This document shows positions 26,061 to 37,240 of a DNA stretch of 60,000 bases, in pieces; position 1 is the first letter of the stretch, and each line of letters starts with the position of its first letter. The DNA comes from Vicugna vicugna (Eukaryota): NCBI GenBank assembly GCA_013265495.1, contig MU057781.1, forward strand, positions 1,180,001 through 1,240,000, written 5' to 3'. The notes below the pieces were generated by a model, which was given only the letters and a program-made list of their open reading frames with translations, was not told the DNA's origin and did not search any database. The position numbers and the translations under genes are program-made.

Positions 26061-29000
26061 TGTCTGTTCAAGGTCACCTTGGTTTCCCCGAGAACTGCCT
26101 GTTGCGTCCAGGGTTTCAGATCATTAGCACAGGATTGTGCCAAACACAGTCTGCGGGCCAGCTCCCCGGGCCGTGGTTAGACTCCCCTTCGCAGCAGCCA
26201 TTCTGGACGTTGGCTTTTCCTTTGATTTGTTGTTTCCCTCCATTCACTTACCAGGTGGTTTAGGGATTTCGCTGTGCTTCCTCCCTCCCTCCCTCCCTCC
26301 CTCCCTTCCCTCCCTTTTTAAAAAGATCTCCGACAAGATGGCGAAGCAGCAGGTCTGTGGGCCCTCACAGACCCCAGCCCACGGGCACGCCCCGACCCAC
26401 TGGACGTCGGTCAGAGGGAAGGGGCTGGTGCCCTGGAGACGGGGTTCGGGGGACAAGGCCAGGCTCAGAGAGCGGGCGCAGCGAGGCTCCCCGCCTGTTT
26501 CTCTGGCCAATCACGCTCACACCGCTGACGTCGTCGTGTGGCTGCTTGCACCTCTGAGGGTGGCCGGGGGTGGGGAGACTGGCCTCCCTCAGCGCCGGCC
26601 AGTGGGGCGCAGGCGGTCCCAGCGCGGGAGCTGTGCGGGTGTGGCTGCCTCTCTCCTCTGCCCCCCGGTGTGGGCGTCACCCCGTGGGCACAGCGGAGGC
26701 TGGCTCCCCAGGGTGCACTGCAGCACGGCCCCCTGCTTCGTGGGCCTGGCAGAGACCCAAAGGCAGGCCAGGGAGTGGGGGCTTCCTGGTGGGAAGGGAG
26801 CTCGGGTCCCCCCTCTGGGAGGCGGGGTCCTCGAGGCTGGTTAGGGACGCGTCATGACCTTCTCCGGTGGACACTGAGTTGGAAGAGAGACAGTTGCTTG
26901 CCGTGTCCTGGTGGGGGTGGCCCCATGGCTGCAGGCTGTGGTCAGACTTCCGTTGTCAGGTGGGATCCAGCCGTCCTCTGTGGTAAGTTTGGGCTCTCAG
27001 TTTCTGAGGGTCCCGCCTGAGACCCCCCTCAGGTGCAGAGCCCTGGGCTCCCGTTGGCATGCCCTCACACTGCCGCCCCTGGAGCCTGGCTCCTGGACTT
27101 CCTGTGCCCTGACCCAGCCGCATTCCCTCTGCTTCTGGCTGAGCCTGGTCCTCGGTGTTGCTCCTTTTCTAGTGGACACTGGGGCAACTGACCAAGCCCC
27201 GTCCCCTGGAGCATGGTCCTGACCACTGACCAGAAAGGCACAGTGGCTGTGAGACGCAGGGCCCAGCAGCCCGCCCTGGAGGAGGTGCCCGGGCAGCCCT
27301 GGGTTCAGACCGGCAGTGTGACCCGGGGAGCAGTGTGCTTCCAGGCTGTTTGCTGGCCTCCTGGGGGGCCAGGCGCCGGCGTCTCCATCTGGGTTAATCT
27401 TGTGTCTGCTGTGCAGCTGGGGCCCTGGCCCAGCTCTGTGTCTGCTTTGTGGGAGTCTGGGGTCATTCTGTTCCATTCTGGGGACTAGTTTTTCCCCCTG
27501 CGGACACATATCTCTCCTTGAGCATCCAGGGCCCAGTGACCACCTGGGCCAGAGGCTCCGCCCGCAGCCCAGGGGTGACTGGCCAGCCGCCTCCCCCGGG
27601 AGGCCCACGCCACCCTTCTGGCTGGCAGTGCTGGTGGGAGTCTTCTCTGGGCTGGACGTTAGACATCCCTGCACCCGCACGGCTGACCCCTGCCTGGACT
27701 TAGTGTCAAGCCTGACCATGTGTAGAACCATAGCACGTTAAAGACCCAGGAGCGGGGCCCTGCCTCTGTGTGACAACCGGTGTCCTGCAGATCAGGGCCT
27801 GTGCCGGGTCCACGACCGACAAAGGACTCACCAGGGCCGGGGGTCAGAGGGTGTTCTCGCAGGACCGCAGACCCCCTTCTGGACTCAAGTAAAGTTGGCA
27901 GGTCGGATGTCAGACTGCCGGGTTCCTGGTCTTCGCCGGCTGTTGGCTGACTGGCCGACCCCCGCGAGGGCCTGGATCTGTCTTTGAGCCGCCGAGTTGG
28001 CCGCCCCGGCTCTGGGTGAAGTGGAAGACCGGACGCAGCAGCACTCCCTCCTCACCCGCTGGCCCTGCCTGGCGACGGGGAGGTCAGAGGCCTGACTCCA
28101 CTGCCCCATGGGCACCAGGCCGCCCATCATTTTCAGTTACGCAATTTTTCTGGAGTTGGGCTCCTGTTAGATGGTTCCGGCCCCTGGTCCTGCCCAGGAA
28201 CTGGCCAGGGTCGCGGCTGGGCCAGGGCCAGGGCCAGGGCCAGGGGGTGGGGCTGGGTCCAGAGCGGAGGCCCGGATTCTCTCCCTTGGGATGCCTCTCG
28301 GTGTCTGTCCCCGTCCAGAGGCACGGCCCCTGGGACGCACATCTGCAGGAAGTGACTTGGGGGCAGCCTCCTGCCCGGCTGACCCAGGCCCTGCTCAGCC
28401 CTGTCCCGTGTCCCCCTTTGAGGACAGAAGTGCTGTGTGGCGGAGGGGCCAGCACCGTCTCTTCAGGGGGAGCTGGACGGGCCCAGGCCCTGCGAACGTT
28501 GGGAGCTGGAGCCGCTCCTGGATGTCAGCCTTATCCCCGTCACTTCTGGGTCAGGGTTCATTGTGGGAGGAGAACGACCGGCAGGAAGGACCAGCACCCT
28601 CAGGTCCACGGGGCTGCCTGGTGTCCCTGAAGCCAGGACAGGCAGTGCCTGTCCTGTCACTGGGACCCAGTCAGCCTCCGTGCTATAGGTCAGCACAGCT
28701 GTGTACAGCCCGACCAACGAGTCACATGCAGGTGACCAGGTGGCCCTGGCTCCCAGGCAAGGAGCACACCTGACCCCCAGACACCAGGACCAGAAGGCCT
28801 TGCACAAAACTAGGAGCCGTGTGGCCGCAGGCTGGGGCCTCATGCTGTAGGTGCAGTGAGGCCCGGGAGGGCCCAGGACTCTGCGGCCACCGTGGAGCCC
28901 CTGGTCGGCCAGGTGCCTGCAGGCTTGTCCTGAGAACAAGCCATCTGGCTGGGCCGGGAGGGGTGCGGAGCCCTGAGTCCCTCCTGGAGAGACTTCAGCG

Positions 29001-29132
29001 CTCGCATCTGGCCTGACGACCACCTCGCCTTCCCCCCTGTGCTCTGTCCTCATGGGCTCTGCTGTTACCAGCCCTCGGTGTCGCCTGAGCAGGCGTAAGG
29101 GGTGTTTCCAGTCCTCCATCTTTACCCAGAAC

Positions 29133-29349
29133 TGGGTGGGCAGACTTAGCGAAAAACAAACATACAAAAAAGAAATCCAGTTAAATTTGAATTGTAAATA
29201 AAGAATTAATTTTTAGTGTAAATGTGTCCCATAAAATACTGCACTGACCAAATATTGCGTGGCTCATATATATATAGTAAAAAATAGTATTTGTTGTTGC
29301 CTAAAATTCAAAGTTAATGGGGCATCTTATATTCTATCTGGCAACCCTA
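29133..29349. mobile_element. MER53-like palindromic hAT MITE
   Basis: ccagttaaatttgaatt...tgtccca...aaattcaaagttaa...tatctggcaacccta matches the MER53 self-complementary structure. Confidence 0.8.
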
Positions 29350-32094
29350 CCCGGACTTTCTGAGCCGAGAATGTTACATTCAGCCAAATTACCTTCCAGC
29401 AAACCTGCAAGAACCCAGGAAACATGGTCCCCGAGAGCCCTTCCTGAAGACAAGCGGAGAAGACAGACCGCATCACAAGAGGCGGGGGATCGCACCCCGG
29501 GCGCGGCGGAGCGTTAGGCGGCAGGTCGGGGTGAGTGTTAATGAGAGAAGAGAGAAATCATTTCAGTGACAATACTTGTGAGGGGGAGGAGGGGGAGAGA
29601 AGGCAGAAAACAGCTTTAAAAAATCATCTAAAATTGATACGTGGATAGTAAAAATAGGAGAATATTTAAATGTACAGACAAATCAGCGAGACTTGGCAGG
29701 TGGACAGGAGGGCTGGGGGTTTCGAGTGAACACTTCCCGTGACACTGCAGTGACACAGAGACCACAGGGAAGAGCTTGCCACAAAGGCGCAGCCTCCACA
29801 GAGGGAACACGTACCGAACCAAAGCAGGGAAGTCGCAGGTGATCTGCAGAAAGAAAAAGACAAAAAATACATATAAATATAAAATATAAGCAAAATAAAG
29901 CAGAAATAAATATACACATGTAAATTATAATGTGACTGATTTAATATCAAGAAGAGGAAAGAGCGCAAACTGAATGAAAAAGACTCGACTGGGGCACAGA
30001 GCAAACCTGGTTATTTGCTGTTAGAAGAGACACGCGGTTAAGTGAGTCAGGAAGGTCGAACATCCAAGATGAAGCAAAGGCCTAAAAGGAGATGCAGGAG
30101 GCGGAGGGACAGAGGCTGCCCTGGGGTCAGACAAGGTGAACGCCAAGTTCAAGAAGCATCAATCCAAAAAAGTAGGAAAATATTAATACTTTAATTCTGC
30201 CTCGGTGAAGGATGGATCAAGTGGACAAATGTTGGATTTCATTTATTAATGAGTCCTCCAATTGAGAGATAAATATATCTCCTGCTGAAAATTCCCTGGA
30301 ACATTCAATTATTGATCATGAGCGAGGTCACCAACACCCCTCAGTAGAGCCCCCAAAGTAGGGATGGGAGCAGCAGTGTGAGCACTAGGAGTCAGCCGTG
30401 CTACCTGGACAGAAGTGTCTGTGCCTCACGTGGCTCTCGATCCAAGAAGAAATCGGGACTTAGGTTCATGGAACAGAGTACCTCACAAGACCCGGAGGGG
30501 AGGGCGTGTATGTCACTGCAGCCACGGTGCTGGGAGGAAAAGTAAGTGCTGAGATTACAAATCAGACGTAATATTACACCACGCAACTCACGTTTTGGAA
30601 GCGACTGACACTAACCTAAGAAAAGCAGAAGGAAGGAATTTAAAAGATAATAACAGAAAATAATTGGAAAACAGAAGAACCGAAGCACAAATAACTAAAT
30701 CCAACACCTGGTTAGCCTGTCGCTAAGTAAGAAAAAAATGAGGCAGCCGAGTACACAAGATAACAAGTGATAAAGGAGAAACCTCACAGAGATTTAAAAT
30801 TTTAAACCCTGAGCGAGTGCTTGGCTTTCATGGGTGCTTTTGTAGGAAAATGTGAAGTATGAGAGCCCCCCCAGAAGAGAGAAAACCTCTCGATGACCAG
30901 TTACCGTAGGAGAAACAGTGAACGTTGTTGAAGAGCTGCCACCCCCGAAAATTAGAGCAGACGACGTCACCGGGACAACGTGCAGTCTTCCAGGAAAAGG
31001 GAGCTCGGATGCTGCTTGCAGAAGGCGGGAAAGAAGACAGGGCACTGCCACGTTCTTGGGTGGGAGGACTCGGCATTACAGGAGACGAAGCCCTTTATAC
31101 ACAGTGAGTAGTTACTGCTGTGTCAACAGTCCCTGCGCTGTCCCGAGGAGCCCGACAGAGGGCGTTTGTGAAGGCAGAACAACACGGGTGCTCGGTTTTG
31201 ACAAAGGTGACACAAACGTGGGAGCCACAAACCAGTCTTGCTCGTGAGTGTCAACGTCAAAACCTTAAACTAACAAAACACTAGCCAGCAGAGTGTAGTG
31301 CCGTAAGGAAGGACGCTCTGTCGAGAGCAGGTGGAATCATCCTAGGAACTCGACGACGGGTTCGCGCCGGGAAGCCTGCTCCCCTAAGCCAGCAGGTCAC
31401 AAGCTCCGACAGGAAACACACGACCATTTCCACGGGTGTGGGGAAGACATCTGGTAAAATCCGGCATCATTCTTGGTTAAAATCCCTAAATACATTAGGA
31501 AGACATGAGCATCTCCCAAGATCCTGCCGAACAGGGCACGTTACAGCCATTAAGTCAGATCGGGACAAGGTTCTATATCACTCTGATGTAGTTTGATGCA
31601 AGAAAGGAACCAGAGGTGTTCTTTCAGGATGGTGTGGTTGTAACCTGGACACTCCAGAGAGACCATTCCAAATGAGAGGGTACCAGAAGGGCAGCTGCAA
31701 AATTACTGAAACCACAAAATTATTGTATTGACTTCCTACAAAAGCAGTGGCCAGTTAGGAGGAAACCCGGGGCAACGACCGCATTTACAGGGACCACAGT
31801 GACAACAATTGTGCAGATTAAATGCCCAGGAGTAGCCCTAACAGGAAATAGGCAAGATGCTCCCGAAGGAAACTCCAGACCTTGCTGAAAGGTGGAGAAG
31901 AAGCCAGAAAAATAAGAAGGACTAGCATGCTCTTGGGTGGAGAGACTCAGTTTTACAAAGACGTTGTCTCCCCAAGTTGACCGACAGATTTAGGTTCGAT
32001 GCTACGGGTGACTCGGTAATAACCCCACAGGGAGGGGTGTGTGTGTAAGAACTGGCCGAGCTCATTCTCAGTCTCGTTTTGAGAAACAGGGATA

Positions 32095-32382
32095 CGGTTG
32101 ACCCTTGACAGCTCAGAGGTTGGGGCACCCGTGGCCCTCGAAGTAGGAAATCCTCGCCCTGCTCTCTGCCTCAGGAGCAAAGGAGTCGATCCGTGACTCG
32201 CGAGCGGTCAGGACTCAACCCTAATTCTTTGATCCCATGTGTTTTGATCCTAATCCATCACAGACTTTCCCCACACTTGCTTAAAGAGCTGTGGAATGAA
32301 AATGGAGGTCCTACGTCCCCTGAAAAATCTCCACTTACATGGACCCTTGAGGTTCAAGTGCGTGTTGTTCAGGCATCAGCTG
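32095..32382. mobile_element. MER8/Tigger-like DNA transposon relic
   Basis: Left end ta|cggttgacccttga and right end gaaaaatctccacttacatggaccc...ttcaagtgcgtgttgttcaggcatcagctg resemble Tigger2/MER8 termini. Confidence 0.6.
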
Positions 32383-32652
32383 CACATGAATTTTTAAAGC
32401 TCTGTAGCAAACCGAGGTTGGACCAGTCCCACCAGAAAACAGACGTTTCATCAAGGCAGGGGAATGAGAACTGCCGGCGGGGCAGCAAGGATCAGCGACC
32501 AGCCCGAGTGCCTGGAACCAGGCCGAGAACCACCGGAAACAGGGCTAATTAAAGAGCGGGCTAGAGCGCCACGTGGCGGCCGCGGGCAGTGACAGCGAGT
32601 GAGAGCACAGGCAAGCTGGACCCTCTGTGGATGCAAATAATCCACAACCACC

Positions 32653-33245
32653 TGTAATAGGAAAAGAAAAGCGTTATTTGGGCCAAATAAGGACTGCAGC
32701 CTGGGAGACACAGACTCAGAAAGCACTTGAGTCCAGTTCTCCAGACATCAAGATGGGGCTTGAAAAGGCAAAAGCCACAGAGCTACGTGCGTTGTCTGTC
32801 AGGACTGAGGACTGGCGCTGGCAGGAAGGAAGGTGCTTGTGAGGCGAGGACTGGTTGGGGTCCCAAGGGGTTGCCCAGTTACAGGGGGGACCTTGAGACC
32901 ATGAGGCTGCAGGTGGCAGCTGCTGGTGGTGCTGTTTTGAGAACGGCTGGTTTGGTGCAGTTCAGAAAATCAAGTTCTCGGTGATGCGGGAACGTGTCTA
33001 AAGCCACATCCACGAGGTCCACCCAGCTCCCACCTGGACGCCTGAAACCCAGTGACTCCGCTCTGACCCTCCAGTGCCTCCTCTCCTTGGTGGCTGGAGC
33101 AGCTATGCGGCGTGTGGCGGGCAGGACGCGGCAGGCTGCTCTCGGGCACGGACGCCTCAGGGCAGACCCCACGTCGGCCAGCGAGACCCCCCCCCCCGCC
33201 ACGCCTCAGGACGCGGGCGTCTCCCAGGCACCTGCTCGCCTCTCA
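32653..33245 (-). mobile_element. Solo LTR (ERV1-like), 593 bp
   Basis: TG...CA termini, flanked by a 4-bp direct repeat CACC (32649-32652, 33246-33249); interrupts L1 sequence. Confidence 0.7.
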
Positions 33246-33880
33246 CACCAAAATAGTTCTAGAGGAATCAGCAAGCTAAATAGGAAATAATATGGGGCTA
33301 AAAATTCCTGAAGAAAGCAAAAGATTTATAAAAATGCGTTGTCTGTCAGGACTGAGGACTGGTGCTGGCAGGAAGGAAGGTGCTTGTGAGGCGAGGACTG
33401 GTTGGGGTCCCAAGGGGTTGCCTAGTTACAGGGGGGCCTTGAGACCGGGAGGCTGCAGGTGGCAGCTGCTGGTGGTGCTGTTTTGAGAACGGCTGGTTTG
33501 GCGCAGTTCAGAAAATCAAGTTCTCAGTGATGCGGGAACGTGTCTAAAGCCACATCCACGAGGTCCACCCAGCTCCCACCTGGACGCCTGAAACCCAGTG
33601 ACTCCGCTCTGACCCTCCAGTGCCTCCTCTCCTTGGTGGCTGGAGCAGCTATGCGGCGTGTGGCGGGCAGGACGCGGCAGGCTGCTCTCGGGCACGGACG
33701 CCTCAGGGCAGACCCCACGTCGGCCAGCGAGACCCCCCCCCCCGCCACGCCTCAGGACGCGGGCGTCTCCCAGGCACCTGCTCGCCTCTCACACCAAAAT
33801 AGTTCTAGAGGAATCAGCAAGCTAAATAGGAAATAATATGGGGCTAAAAATTCCTGAAGAAAGCAAAAGATTTATAAAAA
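32788..33880. repeat. Head-to-tail tandem duplication (547 bp + 546 bp)
   Basis: Copy 1 at 32788-33334 and copy 2 at 33335-33880; identical ORFs appear at a 546-bp offset in the track. Confidence 0.97.
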
Positions 33881-35544
33881 TTCTTGGTCTGGGGAACAGC
33901 TAAGAATGACCATCAAGGAGAGATTATTAAGTGCAACACACAAGCTTCTGATGATAAGAGCCTCCCCGTAAACAGCTGAAAAGACGCGTGGACGACCGGG
34001 GAGCCCTTCAGTGCGTACGTAGCACAGGCACAGGGCTCGGCTCCCTCTGACCCCTCGAGTCAGTGGGGAAACCAACCCCCAGCCCAGGCGGAGCGGCGGC
34101 CGGGAGAACCAGCCTGCATCTTCACCCACCCGTTTTGTGACTCGGAGTCAGTGACAGTCCTGCGGCTCGGAAGGCCGCCTGCCCTGGCCCCTGCCCTCCC
34201 GGCCCGGCTCCTGCCCTGCCCACCTCCCTGCGCAGCCCGGCCCTGCCTGCGGCCTGGTCAAGTGAGGGGGCCCGGGCGTCAGCCCCCCGCGGGCAGGTGC
34301 TCTGCTCTCCTGGACAGTGGGAGGGCCGCCTGGGGAGGGCGGGGGGGCTGCTGTCGCCTGCTCACTCCGGCCGCTCCGGAACATCAAGGCTGTTTTGAAA
34401 AGACTGTCTGTGGCCGGCTGGCGCACACCTGCCTGGCCCTCACACGTGCCGACCCTCACCTGTGCTAGTCAGAGGGACAGCAGGGTCAGAGGGAAGCTGC
34501 AGACCTGCCCCTGCCAGGGGCCTTTGGTGTCTAAGCTGCGCGGAGGTGGGAGGCGGTGTCACCAGTCAGCAATGTCAGCAAACGTCCTGGGAAGTCGGGA
34601 GTGCCTGGTCTGAGCTTGGCTTTAATTAAACTCCCAAGGCTGGAGCAAGAACGAGGCGCCACGGTCATGACACGGCAGACCCCAGATGTCAACGTTTCTG
34701 CGCAAACCCAGACCCTGGCCAGACGCCTGTGCCCGGGGCCCCAGTGAAGGCCGCTGGGCGCCGACCCCAGCCCCGCGCCCTCTGCCCGATTCTGAGGACG
34801 GCCACATGTGAGCCGCACCACACAGCTAGCAGGGCCGCCGCCAAGATCCACGTCTTTCTTCAATGAACTGGAGGGAGAAACCGGCGTCTGTCTTACTTTC
34901 AAAAAAGTGACACGGAGAGGGTCAGGGAAGAGGGCGGCCCGGTCCCGGCGGCCCCATCACCATTATTTGCTGAAATATTCATGGAAGTCTGGAAAGTGAA
35001 GCATTAGTAGTTTGCCCTGCGTTTCATTATTTATTAAGCAAGCGGCTGGTCTCCTGGCCCAGAGCTTCCCGTCTTTTCCAAGAAAAAAGGCAGCCAGGGC
35101 AGCAGCCCTCTATTTTGAGCGACTGAAATTAAAATTTAAATGGCCTCCCCCCCAAAGTGGAAGCTGAATGAAGTGTTTATAGATGCACATTGACTGAAAA
35201 TGAAAACTGTAAGAGCTTTTTGTTGTTCAATTGTGTATGTCGATTTTGTTCAGGCAACTCTGCCGAGTGGCCCAGAGCCCTGTTTGCTTCTCCACTGCAT
35301 GGCGGCTACCTCGTCCTGCTGAGTCGGTCAGTCCACTTTCCCGCCATCCGTCCACCAGCCTGTCCCGGCCAGTGGAGTGTCCAGGATCCTCACTTCCAGG
35401 ACAGTGAAGTTGCCTCTGGATGGACGTGGCCCTGGAGCCCCTTCTCTGAGAGCATCCCCAGAGCTGAGGTCAGGAGGAGAGAGAGGGGCTGAGGGGCCGG
35501 GGGCTGGGGGGCCGGGGCCCCCACGTGGGTCCCCCGGGCTGCAG

Positions 35545-35930
35545 CACACATCAGCACAAATGGAGTGGCTCAAACACCAGAAGTGTCCTCGGGGCAGAGG
35601 GCAACCATGTTCTGCTCCCTCTGAGGCTCAGGGGGCCCCCTCCTGCCTCTTCCAGCTCCCGGTGGCCCAGGCGTCCTTGGCATGTGACCACATGACTGCA
35701 GTCTGCCCTGTCGTCACCTGATGTCCCGTGTCTCTGTCTCAAATCTCTCTCTCCTGCCTCTCGTGAGGACACCGGGAGCTGGATTTCCGGTCACACTAAA
35801 TCCAGGGTGATCTCATCTCTGGTCCCTGAGTCGCACCTGCAAAGACCCTGTTTCCAGACACAGTCACACTCATGGGGCCCAGGGACCACAACTCGGACAC
35901 ACGTTGAGGGACACCGTTTAATCAACTGCA
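35545..35930 (-). mobile_element. MaLR (MLT1B/C-like) LTR
   Basis: ctccctctgaggctc...gcctcttccagct...aatccagggtgatctcatctc...ctgcaaagaccctgtttcca. Confidence 0.75.
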
Positions 35931-36034
35931 TGGTGATCCCACGCCGGAGGAGGGGGCTTTAGAGTTGCCAAGGGCTTACTCCAGGTTTATCTCACGATTT
36001 TAGTAAAAGGGACCCTGACCTGCAAGGATCCAGT

Positions 36035-36640
36035 GTTGTTGGGGTGGGGGGCGCCCACCCATCCCCAGGCAGCCCCGCTGGGTGTCCTGCAGCTCAGCCG
36101 GGTTCTGACACCACCTGCCTGAGGACGCGTCAGATCCCTCAGGTTCACGGCTCAGTCTCGCAGGACTGCCCCAACACCGCCTGTCCTCCAGGTGCCAGTC
36201 CCAAGTCCAAGTTGTCACCTGGGCTTCTGACCAACTGGCTGTAGATCGGGGGCTCCCACGACCCCTCCCTGGGCTGGACTGATTTCCTACAGCTGCTCAC
36301 AGAACTCAGAGGAACATTCACTCACGAGATCACTGCCATCTTTGGATGTGACTCCGGGACAGCCAGGTGGAAGAGATGTGGGGACGGGCCCCCTACCTCT
36401 CCAGGCACCACTCTCCCTGAATCTCCTCGGTTCACCAGCCCAGAAGTGCTCCAGGCTCAGACCTTTGGATTTTTATAGAGGCTTCATTACAGAGGCGTGG
36501 TTGGTGAAATCTTTGGCCGTTGGTGAGCGGTCCTCTCCCCTTCCCGAGGTCTGGGGGTGGGGCCGCAGTTCCAACCCTCTGGTCCTGGGCGGTTCCCTGG
36601 TCCCAGTTTCCCTCCCACCTTTCCAACTTGGACTCACTAA
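36035..36640 (-). mobile_element. MER21-like LTR
   Basis: gtcagatccctcaggtt...ttctgaccaactggct...ctcacagaactcag...ttttatagaggcttcattac...gttccaaccctct. Confidence 0.75.
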
Positions 36641-36859
36641 GAATGAAAACCGCCCCTTTTCACAAGCTGAAGCCAGACCGGGTGATGCAAACTCTGAAGA
36701 AGTCACACAGCAGCTCACGGACCGATGACTTTGCACCTGCTCTGAGCCGGCCACTCAGAGCCATCGCCAGGATACCCGATGACACCGTCAACACCACCCA
36801 AATCGCAAACTGGGAGACCCGGTGGATTGAAGCCGCGTCCTCCTCCCTCCGAAGATGCT

Positions 36860-37240
36860 CTGATGCAACAACATGGATGGCCCTGGAGGTCGTCATTCTA
36901 AGGGAAGTGAGCCAGAAAGAGGAAGAAAAACACCATATGAGGCCACTCACACGTGGAAACTAAAAGAAAGGGCACAAGCGAACTCACCTCGAAACAGACA
37001 CAGACTCGCAGACGTAGAAACAAACTTATGATTGCCGGGGGGGGGGTGGGAAGGGATAAATTCGGAGTTCGGAAAGTGCCCCTCTTGGGTAGTGATGGGA
37101 ATGCTAGCTGTCCTGATTGTGGTGCTGGCTCTATGGATGCGCACAGCTGTCAAAGTTCACCCACTGGCACATCTGAAATGCGTGTAGTTTGCCGCACAGG
37201 AGCCACACCACAATGAGGGTGTTAAAATAAATAAGTAAAG
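36860..37240 (+). mobile_element. L1 3' fragments (younger ORF2 end/3' UTR, then an older L1M 3' end)
   Basis: ATTWMALEVVILREVSQKEEEKHHM in ORF 36520; older 3' end ending ttaaaataaataa. Confidence 0.8.

Larger units (their letters stand above)
29350..34000 (+). mobile_element. Ancient L1 body (ORF1 end to ORF2), highly degraded, with nested insertions
   Basis: A-rich sense L1-like motifs throughout (cagccaaattacc, gtcagacaaggtgaa, ccccaagttgaccgacagattt, cacaccaaaata); no intact ORF. Confidence 0.6.

Noticed and set aside
26590..28160. Possible LTR fragments at ~26.6-27.0 kb and ~27.8-28.2 kb
   Set aside because: They look LTR-like, but I could not fix family, termini or TSDs, so they are not listed as features.
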